From NCBI GenBank assembly GCA_963712275.1, contig CAVQHD010000001.1, positions 640,001-704,000 on the forward strand: DNA of 64,000 bases. The letters are read 5' to 3'. This DNA comes from an uncultured Rhabdochlamydiaceae bacterium (GTDB lineage Bacteria; Chlamydiota; Chlamydiia; Chlamydiales; Rhabdochlamydiaceae). This document shows positions 39,902-50,070 of this stretch, in pieces. Positions within the stretch are counted from its first letter, which is position 1. Every line of letters begins with the position of its first letter. The position numbers and the translations under genes were made by a program. The notes beneath the pieces are model-generated. The model made no database searches and was not told the origin of the DNA. It saw nothing but the letters and a program-made list of their open reading frames with translations.

Positions 39902-40851
39902 GAAAGCGGGTTTTAGTGACAGGGGGAGCCGGTTTTTTAGGCTCCCATCTATGTGAAAAGTTATTAGAGCACGACATGGGTGTGCTCTGTTTAGATAATT
40001 TTTTCACAGGATCTAAAGACAATATCGTTCATTTACTGCAGCACCCCCACTTTGAGCTTTTGCAGCACGATGTTTGCGAGCCCCTTCAAGTTGAAGTCGA
40101 TGAAATTTATAATTTAGCGTGTCCTGCCTCGCCCATTCATTATCAGTCGGATCCTGTTCAGACAACGAAAACAAGTGTTCTTGGAGCCATCCATTTACTC
40201 TCGCTGGCTCAAACTCTGAACATCAAAATTTTGCAAGCCTCTACGAGTGAAGTGTACGGCGATCCTGAAGTTCACCCTCAGAAGGAAGGGTATTGGGGGA
40301 ATGTCAACCCCATCGGGCCTAGATCTTGTTATGATGAAAGCAAGCGGTGTGCTGAGACGTTATTCTTTGATTACCACAGGCAATATGCCCTTCCCATTAA
40401 AGTAGCTCGGATTTTCAATACATACGGCCCTCGGATGCATCCTCAAGATGGCCGGGTGGTTTCTAATTTCATCGTGCAGGCCCTCAAAGGAGAACCGATC
40501 ACGATTTATGGCGATGGGACTCAAACCCGCTCGTTTTGCTATGTGGATGATTTAATTGAAGGACTCGTCCTGCTGATGGGATCTCCTCCTTCCTTGACAG
40601 GACCTATCAACCTCGGGAATCCTGTCGAATTTCAAATTGGCGAGCTTGCCCGTCTAGTTCTCGAGATGACAGGATCTAAATCTCTCCTCATCTTTAAACC
40701 CCTGCCTCAAGACGATCCCCGTAAACGAAAACCCGATATCACCCTTGCTCAAACAACCTTAGGATGGTCTCCCACGGTTGCTCTCCAGGAGGGCTTAAGC
40801 CGAACGATTCAATATTTTGATGCGCTTTTATACCGCAAGTCAAGCCGCTGA
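39898..40851 (+). CDS. UDP-glucuronate decarboxylase (UDP-xylose synthase-like)
   Basis: [49 protein letters not shown]. Confidence 0.92.
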   Translation: MRKRVLVTGGAGFLGSHLCEKLLEHDMGVLCLDNFFTGSKDNIVHLLQHPHFELLQHDVCEPLQVEVDEIYNLACPASPIHYQSDPVQTTKTSVLGAIHLLSLAQTLNIKILQASTSEVYGDPEVHPQKEGYWGNVNPIGPRSCYDESKRCAETLFFDYHRQYALPIKVARIFNTYGPRMHPQDGRVVSNFIVQALKGEPITIYGDGTQTRSFCYVDDLIEGLVLLMGSPPSLTGPINLGNPVEFQIGELARLVLEMTGSKSLLIFKPLPQDDPRKRKPDITLAQTTLGWSPTVALQEGLSRTIQYFDALLYRKSSR

Positions 40852-41292
40852 TTGCCATCCTTTTGAAGTTGATTTGAAAAGAAATTCTTGATCATCGATT
40901 GTCTCTTCGAGGTTAGCAATTTCTTTAAGGATGGCTGAAATTTTCCCATCTTGATCATGGATGTGTTCCCTATAAAGGAGCCTCAATAAGGATTCAGATG
41001 GTTTGGGCATAGCAATCTTTCCATTTTCCCAGCGACGGATTGCTTGCTCACTGACACCTAATAGCATACTTAGAGTGTTTTGAGATAACAACATTTCGTG
41101 CCTTAAAAAGCGTATTTCTTCTCCAGATAAATCTTTTTTAGATGTTACAAGTAGTAAGCCAATGGCTTTATGTAACCCATCCATATCGCAAATAGAAATA
41201 GACTTGCCTCTAGGAGTTTGAATAAATTTATATCCATTTAGAAGGAAAATATTAGATAGGCCACACTCAGTATAATGGTAATAATTAGTCAT
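40840..41292 (-). CDS. XRE/HTH antitoxin-like regulator (MqsA/HigA-like)
   Basis: [11 protein letters not shown]-terminus; EIRFLR...SQNTL...[17 protein letters not shown]. Confidence 0.8.
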   Translation of the reverse strand: MTNYYHYTECGLSNIFLLNGYKFIQTPRGKSISICDMDGLHKAIGLLLVTSKKDLSGEEIRFLRHEMLLSQNTLSMLLGVSEQAIRRWENGKIAMPKPSESLLRLLYREHIHDQDGKISAILKEIANLEETIDDQEFLFKSTSKGWQSAA

Positions 41293-41303
41293 AATATCTC
41301 CAT

Positions 41304-41624
41304 TTAAATTACTGTTACAACTTCCAAATAGTCATCTTTCACTACGACTACTACTTGAACGGTCCGTCCTGCAGAGAACCGTTTTAGTTTAATTCTCCAA
41401 TCTCCGTATTTATCTTGGGTTGGGCCATCTTTACTTTTACCAGATCTCAACACATCGAATATTTGCCGTATCGTTATCTTTCTTTCTCTCATTCGCAACT
41501 GAACATGAGGATTGTCTAAATAAACATTTTCGGATTTTTCGGCTAATTTATGTGTTTTCTTAACCAACTCTTCTAAGGTTCTAAGGAGAAGTCTTTGTGT
41601 TGGTAATGGTATCAACTCTCCCAT
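41304..41624 (-). CDS. DUF4258-like putative toxin
   Basis: HVQLRMRERKIT...DVLRSG...VVVV...VVTVI. Confidence 0.75.
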   Translation of the reverse strand: MGELIPLPTQRLLLRTLEELVKKTHKLAEKSENVYLDNPHVQLRMRERKITIRQIFDVLRSGKSKDGPTQDKYGDWRIKLKRFSAGRTVQVVVVVKDDYLEVVTVI

Positions 41625-41777
41625 CTACTCTCCATGTTAATAGGATTTGCTCAACCTGTCAAGGTGATAGGTCAAAATGATAGGGGCTATCTTTTTAATT
41701 GTCAAAATGATTTTCATTTTGAAGGGCGAATATTTTATAATATACTTAAAATCAAATACATATGGTGGATTGGGGGG

Positions 41778-44700
41778 TTATTTGTCCACTCCATGCTTCG
41801 ACTTAATCTCACGCCATTTTTTGACGATTTGACCAGCGATAGGACCTCCTTCTAATCCGGCTTGGCGGTATCGGAGCGCGACGACAACGACGAGTTCTGG
41901 TTCTTTATCGCCGGGGGGGAGGAAGGCAGAGTCGCTTGGGTAGGCGATGGTGGCAAAACCGACATGGTGTCTCATGACTGCTGGCGCCGCCTTTGAAATT
42001 GATTGCTTATAGAGAATTTGAGCTGTTGCGGTTTTGCCGACAAGGTCGCGGTGGACCTCGAGATAATCTCGAAGGGAAGAGGGGTGATCGTAGAGGGCGC
42101 GCATCACAGCAGGGCGCGCTGTGCCTCGAGCTCCTGTGACAACTCGGTGCATTCCTTGAAACAAATAATCGAAGATAACAGGGGGAAACGGAATTGATCG
42201 ATCGAGGATGGCAGGTATGACAGTGGTTACGTTTTCTTCTCGATGAACGGTTGTTAAGGGAGAGAAGTCCCAAACAGACTCCTCTAAAAGTTCATGGTGC
42301 AGAACTCGCTCGACCCCTTCGAGTTTTTGGACGATATGGGGTCGAATGACCTCTCCTTGGTTTGCGATGGCTGCCATCATAAGAGCTGTCTGTAGTGGAG
42401 TAACTTCCAAAGTATGTTGTCCGATGGCAAAGGAATAAAGGCCTGTTCGATTTTGGTCGACGTCATCAGGGACTTTGCCTCGCAGCTCTCCTGGCAAATC
42501 GACCCCCGTTTTTTCTCCTAGCCCAAACTGCCTCGCAGTTGCTACAAGGCTCAGAGGATTTTGGATCACGTCACTTGCCACAAGAGAAAAATAGACGTTA
42601 CTCGATTGCTCGAGGGCTCCTTGCAGATCAATCTTCCCAATTCCAGGGTGGGAGCTGCGGGGCAGCCTCCCTCCTTTATAGCTTCGATACAAGGGAGTCC
42701 CATCGGATAGATAACCCAGAATCAGAGAATTTGAGGAAGGAGCGCGCTTCCAGTCATCAATCATGGTAAATGGATTTAAAGATTCTCCTCGTTGCCAACG
42801 TTCCATCAATGTTTGGTAGGCGGGTATCAGCTTAAAAACAGATCCTTGCGGAGAGGTTTGACGGAAGGATTGAGATCGAATATATCCATAGCCGTAGAGA
42901 GGATAAAATGCCTCTGCGAGGTGTTTTTCAAGACATTTTCCATGAGAAGAGCGAAGCAGGGGGTAGTGTTTCTGCAAAGGAGAATTTAACTCCTCGAAGG
43001 AGCGGAGAGTTTTCAGGTAGGCAATCCCCAAGGGAATAGAAAGTATTTCTAATTTTTGACGCAGCAGAGGGTGGGAGTTTTTGAGGAGAGGGTAGTAAGT
43101 TTGCTGCAAAAGGGAGAGATAAGGAGTCAGCCCAGGGTAGTTTTCAAGGAGGATGGGAATCTTCCCCGTCAAAATTGTATAGAGAAAGATGGAGCGGTAG
43201 GTTTTCCAGAAATGAGTCCATAATTTTTGTTTAGCGCGGTCTAGATAGTCGGTGTAAGGTCTCGCATATTTTTTCAGAGCCTTTTCTTGCTCCCGCTCTG
43301 CTTTTAAATACGATTTGAAATGAGTTTCTCTCCAGGTCAAAAAGTCGTGATTCTCAAAAACCTCAGAGAGCTCCTCTTTCATTTGATCAAGAAGACAGGC
43401 AGCTTGTTGTCTTGTCGAAAAATAATCTGAGAGCGATTCGGCTCCGACCGCTTGAATAAGCTCTGGTGTAAAAAGTTCAAGCGGAGCAATGAGATGGCAG
43501 AGCTCTAGCACAAGGTATCGATCTTCTTCTGACGCAATCTCCTTCAAAACCGGATGGTAAATGCCTATCTCTTGAACTTGCAGAGCTAAACGAACCTCCT
43601 GAATCTGGGAAAGAGCCTTTCGAAGAGAGTCTTGATCGGGCAAAATCGCATCTAAATAGGTGCTCCAGGTGAGTGGAAGGGTTTCCTCTAGATAGGCTCC
43701 TTCTATAAAAGAAAAATATTCTCGGCGCAGGGGTCTTTTACCATCCCAGATTTCTCCAATATATTCTTCCGATTCAAGCCATCTCTTCACGCTATATTCT
43801 TTTTCTTTTTTTGTCTGAGGATCGCGCGAAGGGATGAAGTCATTAGGGTTAAAACGGGGATACGACGCAAGCGCCACAATCTCGCCTGTTTTCGGAAGGA
43901 GAGCGATAGCAGCGCTTCCCCGCATCCATTTTTCATTGATGCCTCCATTTGGTTTGCCAAGGCGGGACCCTTCGTTGGAAGCGAGGAGTTGCTCTGCAAA
44001 TTGCTGAAGCTCAGCAGAGAGGGTGAGGGTGATTTTCTTGCCTGGAACTGCTGGGCGAGATCCTGGGAGCTCATGCAAAAAATTTCCCTTCGTATCGATC
44101 TCATAGATATGTTTTCCAACATAGCCTCGAAGTTCTTCTTCATAAAAAGCTTCAACGCCGCTTTTTCCAATCAGATCATTCATCGTGTAAGCTTTTTCTT
44201 GAAGTTCAAAGAATCGGCAAACAACCTCTTCTGGAGAGTTAAATCCTTCCGGTAAAAAGCGGCTTTCCCCTTCCTGTTTTGCTTTGAGATAGTCTTCCAG
44301 AGAATGAAGCTCCTGCGCGATTTTTAAATACTGCGAGGAGTCAATAGGGCCCAGATAACCGATCACATCTCCAGCAATTTTCCCCAAGGGGTATTCTCGA
44401 CGAGAGGTCTTTTCGACTTGAAGCCCCAGCCAATCTTTTTGCAGCCCCTTCAAACGGTAGTATTGTTCTTCGGAGAGGTCTTCTTTGATTACAAAGGGGG
44501 TGTGAGGGAGTAGCGCCGCCTTCCCATGGATCAGATCTTCAATTTTTCTTGCCGAAATCCCTAGTTCTGAGCTGAGCTTCTCTGCTAGTTTTGAAATATA
44601 TTCAACACGGGCAAAATGACGGACTCTTTCCCCTTTGTCATTTTTTTTCCATTGCACCGTTGGAATCTGGCGAATATGGGCGTAGCAAACCGAGGCGTTG

Positions 44701-44933
44701 TACTGGATTTTATTGATCGCTAACGGAATCCCAAACCGATCGTAAATTGTCGCTCGGTCACCCTTTTCAATCACGATGCGCCGCTGCGGCTTCTGAGCGA
44801 GTTTCACATGGTGGTCATGTTGGATCACCGCCAAGTACCAGGCGCGCATCAAGATCAACATCAAACAAAGAGAAATCACATGGAGGACGCGATTGGTTTT
44901 GTCTGAGATGTGCATGAATTGGAATATACACAA
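41778..44933 (-). CDS. pbp2: Penicillin-binding protein 2, chlamydial large form
   Basis: RATIYDRFG, GKSGVE, SVFK (SxxK), SSN (SxN), KTA (KTG variant). Confidence 0.92.
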   Translation of the reverse strand: MCIFQFMHISDKTNRVLHVISLCLMLILMRAWYLAVIQHDHHVKLAQKPQRRIVIEKGDRATIYDRFGIPLAINKIQYNASVCYAHIRQIPTVQWKKNDKGERVRHFARVEYISKLAEKLSSELGISARKIEDLIHGKAALLPHTPFVIKEDLSEEQYYRLKGLQKDWLGLQVEKTSRREYPLGKIAGDVIGYLGPIDSSQYLKIAQELHSLEDYLKAKQEGESRFLPEGFNSPEEVVCRFFELQEKAYTMNDLIGKSGVEAFYEEELRGYVGKHIYEIDTKGNFLHELPGSRPAVPGKKITLTLSAELQQFAEQLLASNEGSRLGKPNGGINEKWMRGSAAIALLPKTGEIVALASYPRFNPNDFIPSRDPQTKKEKEYSVKRWLESEEYIGEIWDGKRPLRREYFSFIEGAYLEETLPLTWSTYLDAILPDQDSLRKALSQIQEVRLALQVQEIGIYHPVLKEIASEEDRYLVLELCHLIAPLELFTPELIQAVGAESLSDYFSTRQQAACLLDQMKEELSEVFENHDFLTWRETHFKSYLKAEREQEKALKKYARPYTDYLDRAKQKLWTHFWKTYRSIFLYTILTGKIPILLENYPGLTPYLSLLQQTYYPLLKNSHPLLRQKLEILSIPLGIAYLKTLRSFEELNSPLQKHYPLLRSSHGKCLEKHLAEAFYPLYGYGYIRSQSFRQTSPQGSVFKLIPAYQTLMERWQRGESLNPFTMIDDWKRAPSSNSLILGYLSDGTPLYRSYKGGRLPRSSHPGIGKIDLQGALEQSSNVYFSLVASDVIQNPLSLVATARQFGLGEKTGVDLPGELRGKVPDDVDQNRTGLYSFAIGQHTLEVTPLQTALMMAAIANQGEVIRPHIVQKLEGVERVLHHELLEESVWDFSPLTTVHREENVTTVIPAILDRSIPFPPVIFDYLFQGMHRVVTGARGTARPAVMRALYDHPSSLRDYLEVHRDLVGKTATAQILYKQSISKAAPAVMRHHVGFATIAYPSDSAFLPPGDKEPELVVVVALRYRQAGLEGGPIAGQIVKKWREIKSKHGVDK

Positions 44934-44972
44934 AAGGTAAGATTCGGAGTAAGGGCTCAGCTAGTAGAGGTA

Positions 44973-45009
44973 GAGGAAAAAAGATCGGGCACGGTAACGT
45001 TCACGAAAG
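44973..45009 (+). repeat. Short dispersed repeat, copy 2
   Basis: GAGGAAAAAAGATCGGGCACGGTAACGTTCACGAAAG, compare 7211-7244. Confidence 0.6.
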
Positions 45010-45018
45010 AGAGATAGG

Positions 45019-46689
45019 CTACCTCCTTAATAAGACTGGGATGAAATGATCTTGGCAACAGACTAAGGTAACGGTTAAGGTATACTCGGAGTGAAAGTTT
45101 TTGAAAGGATAGGATAAAGGATAGGACATAGAGTTTGAGTAGATAGAATCGGGGCGGTGGTTTTCAGAAGGATAGGAAAGAGTTACGGATTTAATTAATT
45201 TTTCTATTCTGTTTTTATATGAAAGTTCTAATAGTTCTTTGTTAGAATTATCTTCTTCCATCTGTTTTTTAAGGTTTATAAGTGTTTCATCGCCGATAAG
45301 CGCAGAGTGTTCGACACTTAAATATATAACTTCTAAGTTAAATTGATATTTTTCGCATAAAATGCCTGTATTAATAAAGAGATTTCCTTTTAAGGAATCC
45401 TCAGGAGCTCCTGGATCTGTTTCCCTTAACTGTTGTAGTTCGTCATAAGGATAGCGAACATATTTTTTAAACTTTTCAAAGTGCTCAGTTGCCGCAGCCT
45501 GAGTACTTATATGGAAAGAGAAATGGTCCTTAACCCACTTTGCAGTCACGGGATTTTCAAGGGCAGCAGCCACAGCTTGGCGGAGAGACTGTATAGATAC
45601 AGCAAGTTTTTTCTCTTGAAGCACCTGAGCAAGGGCATCGTAAAAAGAGTCTCCATTAGAAGCGGCTTCTCCCAGACGTTGGGTAGAAGGAAGACATATT
45701 TTTTCCTTACAGGCATCCCTCTGGAGAGTGTTCAATGTCAATTCCAATCGTTCGAAAGGTTTTTTTACAACAACTTCCGTTGTCTTTTTTTCAGCCTGAT
45801 CTTCAAAAACAGGGACGAAATGGTCTTGGCAAAGGGCTAAGGTATATCGATCAGCATAGCGGATGTCGCGAGGATAGGTGTAGACCTCGGTTTCGATCAG
45901 TTGTTCTATCCTTTTTGTGTACAAAGAGCCTAAGGATCTGCTCACGGAATCAGCCTTTTCCATCTGGCTCATAAGACTTGCAAGTGTTGCATCTTCATTA
46001 AGTACAGTCTGTGGGACACGTGAATAGATAACAATTAAGTTAATTTTATATCTTTTGCAGAAAAGCTCTGAATTAATATAGAGATTGCCTTCAATGGCGT
46101 CCTGAGGTGCTTCCGGATCTTCTTTTCTCAGCTGTTGTAGTTCGTCATGAGAATAGCCGACATATTTTTTATAATTTTCAAACAGCTTAGTTACTGCCGT
46201 ATCGGGAGTTTCTTTATTGGGACCTAAGTAACTTTTAACAACTCTTTCAATCTCAGGATCTTTAAGATCAGTAACTATCCCTTGACGGAGAGACTGTATG
46301 GATGCATCAACCCCCTGATTCCGCATAACTTGAGCAAGCGCATCGTAAAAAGAATCTCCATTATAAGCGGCTTCTCCTATCTGTTGGTCCCAAAACCGCT
46401 CGTTGGAAGCAAGAAATTGTCGATTTGCTTTTTTGCAGGCATCCCATTGAATGCTTTTCAAGATGGATTGCAAGGTCTCTGGCTTAACAACAATTTTCGT
46501 TGCTTTTTTCTCGGTTGGAGAAAGATCCCCCTTGCCCTTTTTTGAGTATGCTCTGGAAATGAGGTAGCAGGAAAGTGCGGCTAGGAGCCCCAAAGCTGAG
46601 AGGACAGCCCAGGAAGTTTTATCCAATCGGGTAAAAATTTTTGGAATTTGAAGGATCTGACCTGAAGAGAGACCAATTGCATTTGTCAT
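45019..46689 (-). CDS. Membrane-anchored candidate effector with two tandem OTU-like domains (catalytic Cys replaced by Ser)
   Basis: GEA-x-x-NGDSFYDALAQV twice and CQDHF(V/I)PV twice; N-terminal TM. Confidence 0.7.
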   Translation of the reverse strand: MTNAIGLSSGQILQIPKIFTRLDKTSWAVLSALGLLAALSCYLISRAYSKKGKGDLSPTEKKATKIVVKPETLQSILKSIQWDACKKANRQFLASNERFWDQQIGEAAYNGDSFYDALAQVMRNQGVDASIQSLRQGIVTDLKDPEIERVVKSYLGPNKETPDTAVTKLFENYKKYVGYSHDELQQLRKEDPEAPQDAIEGNLYINSELFCKRYKINLIVIYSRVPQTVLNEDATLASLMSQMEKADSVSRSLGSLYTKRIEQLIETEVYTYPRDIRYADRYTLALCQDHFVPVFEDQAEKKTTEVVVKKPFERLELTLNTLQRDACKEKICLPSTQRLGEAASNGDSFYDALAQVLQEKKLAVSIQSLRQAVAAALENPVTAKWVKDHFSFHISTQAAATEHFEKFKKYVRYPYDELQQLRETDPGAPEDSLKGNLFINTGILCEKYQFNLEVIYLSVEHSALIGDETLINLKKQMEEDNSNKELLELSYKNRIEKLIKSVTLSYPSENHRPDSIYSNSMSYPLSYPFKNFHSEYTLTVTLVCCQDHFIPVLLRR

Positions 46690-46795
46690 GCAAATATCAT
46701 GCCTTTTTTATGAATTTTCAGGAAGGAAAGTTTTTTCTTGAATTATTCGCTCTTGGAAAAAAGAAGCATATCGGTTACATTTTCCATCTTAAAAC

Positions 46796-46866
46796 GCGCC
46801 TGTAGTTCAATGGTAGAACCGTAGCCTTCCAAGCTACTTGTGTCAGTTCGATTCTGACCAGGCGCT
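46796..46866 (+). tRNA. tRNA-Gly(TCC)
   Basis: Acceptor GCGCCTG/CAGGCGC; anticodon arm GTAGC-CTTCCAA-GCTAC; TTCGA T-loop; CCA not encoded. Confidence 0.95.
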
Positions 46867-46950
46867 TTTTATGATATTAAACCCAAGACCGAAATCTATC
46901 CCGCTAGAGGGGTGGATGCCGTGTCGAATGTAACAAACGAGGGACAAGGC

Positions 46951-47751
46951 TTGGCAAAGCAACAACAAGAAAATAAAGCACAGCAACAAAATACTGTTGT
47001 TAGTGTGAAGGAATTATTAGAATGTGGTGCCCATTTTGGCCACCAAAAACACCGTTGGAATCCGAAGATGAAGCGATTCATTTTCGAAGAGAGAAACGGA
47101 ATCTACATTATCGATCTTGCAAAAACCGCCCAACAGATTCGAAAATCGGTTGAAGTGGTAAGAGAAATGGTCTCCAAACGAAAATCAATTCTCTTTGTAG
47201 GGACGAAAAAACAGGCAAAGCCTGTTGTCAAAGAATGTGCAGAAGCCTGTGGAGAATTTTATGTTTGTGAGCGTTGGCTTGGAGGAATGCTCACAAATCT
47301 TTCAACCATTCGGCAATCTGTAAAAACCCTTGAGCGTATTGAAAAACGGATAGCGTCGGGAGGTGAAGGGTTTACGAAGAAAGAAATGATTTTGATGTCC
47401 AAGGACCAAATCAAGCTGAGTAAAAACCTTTCTGGAATTCGGGCTATGAGAAAACCCCCGGGATTACTCATTGTTGTTGACCCCGGAAGAGAACATATTG
47501 CCGTTGCAGAAGCATGTAAGCTTGGAATTCCCGTGATGGCGCTCGTCGACACAAATTGTAATCCAGATCCTATCGACTATGTCATTGCTTGCAACGACGA
47601 TGCTCTAAAAAGCATTAAGCTGATTGTGCAAGCCCTGACACAAGGGATTATCGATCGTAAAAATGAAATGAATATCTCCTCTGGAAAGGATGGGGAAGAG
47701 GCAGAAGATGCCGAGGAAAATGGCTCGTCTGAAGAAGAGGAGTCGCAATGA
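46951..47751 (+). CDS. rpsB: 30S ribosomal protein S2
   Basis: GAHFGHQ..RWNPKM, FVGTKKQ, RWLGGMLTN, DTNCNP. TTG start after GAGGGA; start uncertain. Confidence 0.96.
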   Translation: MAKQQQENKAQQQNTVVSVKELLECGAHFGHQKHRWNPKMKRFIFEERNGIYIIDLAKTAQQIRKSVEVVREMVSKRKSILFVGTKKQAKPVVKECAEACGEFYVCERWLGGMLTNLSTIRQSVKTLERIEKRIASGGEGFTKKEMILMSKDQIKLSKNLSGIRAMRKPPGLLIVVDPGREHIAVAEACKLGIPVMALVDTNCNPDPIDYVIACNDDALKSIKLIVQALTQGIIDRKNEMNISSGKDGEEAEDAEENGSSEEEESQ

Positions 47752-48602
47752 CCTCTACAAAAGTGACTCCTGATATGGTTAAGCAGCTCCGTGAAAGAAC
47801 AGGCGTTGGCATGGGCAAATGCAAAGAGGCCCTAGACCAAGCGGGCGGAGACATGGAAAAGGCGATCGACCTCCTCCGAAAGGCTGGGATGGCCTCTGCT
47901 GTCAAAAAAGAAGGGCGCGAGACAAAGGAAGGCGTTATCGCCTTTGCTGAAACAAGCGATGCCATTGCGCTTGTTGAAATTAATGCTGAGACAGACTTTG
48001 TCGTTCAAAATGATAAGTTCAAACAATTTGCAGCTGAAATTGCTCAGCAAGCGGCGAAAACAAAGCCGGCGACACTAGAAGCGCTTCTTCAAGCTCCTTC
48101 TCAGCAAGACAAATCACTTACTCTCGATCAATATCGAGCGATTGTGATGCAGAGCTTGGGGGAAAATATTAAAGTGAAACGGCTCGAAGTTTTTTCCAAA
48201 GCGGCAAATAAATCATTTGGGCTCTACTCCCATATGGGCGGCAAAATTGTGACGCTTGTTGAAATCGATGGAAAGTCAGGGCATGAGCCTTTTGCTCGCG
48301 AAATCGCAATGCACGTCGCAGCAGAGTCCCCTGAATATTTGAAGGCCGAAGAGGTTCCTGCCAGTGTTAAAGCAAGAGAAGAGGAGATCGCCCGCAGCCA
48401 GGTCACAGGAAAGCCTCCCCAAATTGTCGATAAAATTGTCGCAGGGAAGATGGAAGCTTTTTATACTCTGGTCTGTCTGCTCTCTCAAAAGTTTGTCAAA
48501 GATAATTCGATTACAATTGCAAATCTTGTCGCTGGGGAAGCGAAAAAGGCAGGACATCCTCTGACTCTCACGCGGTTTGTTCGATGGAAAGTCGGAGAGT
48601 AG
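47748..48602 (+). CDS. tsf: Elongation factor Ts
   Basis: VKQLRERTGVGMGKCKEAL, EINAETDFV, IAMHVAA. Confidence 0.97.
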   Translation: MTSTKVTPDMVKQLRERTGVGMGKCKEALDQAGGDMEKAIDLLRKAGMASAVKKEGRETKEGVIAFAETSDAIALVEINAETDFVVQNDKFKQFAAEIAQQAAKTKPATLEALLQAPSQQDKSLTLDQYRAIVMQSLGENIKVKRLEVFSKAANKSFGLYSHMGGKIVTLVEIDGKSGHEPFAREIAMHVAAESPEYLKAEEVPASVKAREEEIARSQVTGKPPQIVDKIVAGKMEAFYTLVCLLSQKFVKDNSITIANLVAGEAKKAGHPLTLTRFVRWKVGE

Positions 48603-48605
48603 TGC

Positions 48606-49328
48606 ATGGCGAAAAAATCCCTCTACGGCCGAATTTTGTTAAAGGTGTCGGGCGAGGCGCTGCTCGGTTCTGAAAAAAGTGGAATCGATCCAAAAGCAGT
48701 CTTGAGTCTTGCTCGGCAAATTCATGAAATTCAGCATCTCTCTGTGCAAGTGGGAGTTGTCATTGGGGGAGGAAATATTTTTCGCGGGGCCCAAGCAAAA
48801 ACATTAAAGATTTCTCGTGAAAAGGGAGATCAAATTGGCATGGTGGCAACCGTCCTTAACGGGATGCTGCTGGTGGAAGCCCTTCAATCTCTCGGCTGCC
48901 CTGCTGCGATTCAAGGAGCCTTTGCATGCGGCTCCTTTGTCCCTATAGGGGATGGAAGCGATGCCATCCGTCTTCTTGAAAAGAAAACTGTTGTTGTTTT
49001 TGGGGGTGGGACGGCTCTTCCTTACCTGACGACAGATACAGCGGCAGCGCTTCGAGCATGTCAAATCAAAGCCGAGGTGCTCATCAAAGGGACAAAAGTG
49101 GATGGAGTCTTTGATCAAGATCCAGCAAAACATACAAAGGCCCGGCAGCTTGAGAAGCTCACCTATGCCGATGTGCTTTGCCAGCAGCTCGGTGTGATGG
49201 ATGCGGCGGCCGTTACTCTTTGCCGTGAGAATAAAATTCCTATTCATATCTTAAATATCTTCAAGAAAGGCGCTCTTCTATCTGCTGTCCAGAGTCAGCG
49301 GGGAGGGTCATTTGTGACAGGAGATTGA
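48606..49328 (+). CDS. pyrH: UMP kinase
   Basis: LLKVSGEAL, GGGNIFRG, TTDTAAALRA, KVDGVFD. Confidence 0.96.
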   Translation: MAKKSLYGRILLKVSGEALLGSEKSGIDPKAVLSLARQIHEIQHLSVQVGVVIGGGNIFRGAQAKTLKISREKGDQIGMVATVLNGMLLVEALQSLGCPAAIQGAFACGSFVPIGDGSDAIRLLEKKTVVVFGGGTALPYLTTDTAAALRACQIKAEVLIKGTKVDGVFDQDPAKHTKARQLEKLTYADVLCQQLGVMDAAAVTLCRENKIPIHILNIFKKGALLSAVQSQRGGSFVTGD

Positions 49329-49331
49329 TTC

Positions 49332-49871
49332 ATGTTTGAAAATGAAGCTAAAACAAAAATGCAGGCGGCGCTCGACCATTTTAAGCAGGAGCTTAAAAAT
49401 CTTCGAACAAATCGTGCAAATCCGGGGATAGTTGAAGGGGTTTCCGTTGAGGTCTATGGGACCCATATGAAGGTAAAAGAGCTGGCAAATATCACTACGC
49501 CAGAAGCACGGCAAATTTTGATTACTCCCTTCGATCCTCAAACCATCGTTCCCATTGTAAAAGGGATCGAAAAAGCCAACCTTAACCTACAGCCCATTAG
49601 CGAAAAAGGAGCAATTCGAATTGCTGTTCCTCCAATGGATCAGGCCACGCGGCAAGAGATTGTAAAACAAGGGAAAAAGAAAGCCGAAGAGACCAAGATT
49701 ACTCTGCGGGATATCCGCCGCGATGCCATTAAAGAGGGAAAATCTTCTGAGGAGCTGACAGAAGATATGATGAAAAAATTTGAGAAAGCGATTCAAGAGC
49801 TCACAGATAAATTTTGCAAGCAGGTTGACGACCTTTTCTCTGCCAAAGAGAAGGAAATTATGGCAGTTTAA
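49332..49871 (+). CDS. frr: Ribosome recycling factor
   Basis: LRTNRANP, ITPFD, RDIRRD, KEKEIM. Confidence 0.96.
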   Translation: MFENEAKTKMQAALDHFKQELKNLRTNRANPGIVEGVSVEVYGTHMKVKELANITTPEARQILITPFDPQTIVPIVKGIEKANLNLQPISEKGAIRIAVPPMDQATRQEIVKQGKKKAEETKITLRDIRRDAIKEGKSSEELTEDMMKKFEKAIQELTDKFCKQVDDLFSAKEKEIMAV

Positions 49872-49913
49872 TGAGCCGCTGCATATAATGTTTTCTCTCT
49901 CAAATGAAAAAAT

Positions 49914-49988
49914 GGCCCCATCGTCTAGCCCGGTCTAGGACACCAGATTTTCATTCTGTGAACAGGGGTTCGAATCCCCTTGGGGTCA
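49914..49988 (+). tRNA. tRNA-Glu(TTC)
   Basis: GGCCCCA/TGGGGTC acceptor; loop TTTTCAT; GGTTCGAATCC. Confidence 0.93.
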
Positions 49989-49996
49989 ATGCTTTT

Positions 49997-50070
49997 GAGA
50001 CTTTAGCTCAGTTGGTTAGAGCACCTCACTTTTAATGAGGGGGTCGATGGTTCGAGTCCATCAAGTCTCA
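49997..50070 (+). tRNA. tRNA-Lys(TTT)
   Basis: GAGACTT/AAGTCTC acceptor; CCTCA-CTTTTAA-TGAGG; GGTTCGAGTCC. Confidence 0.95.
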
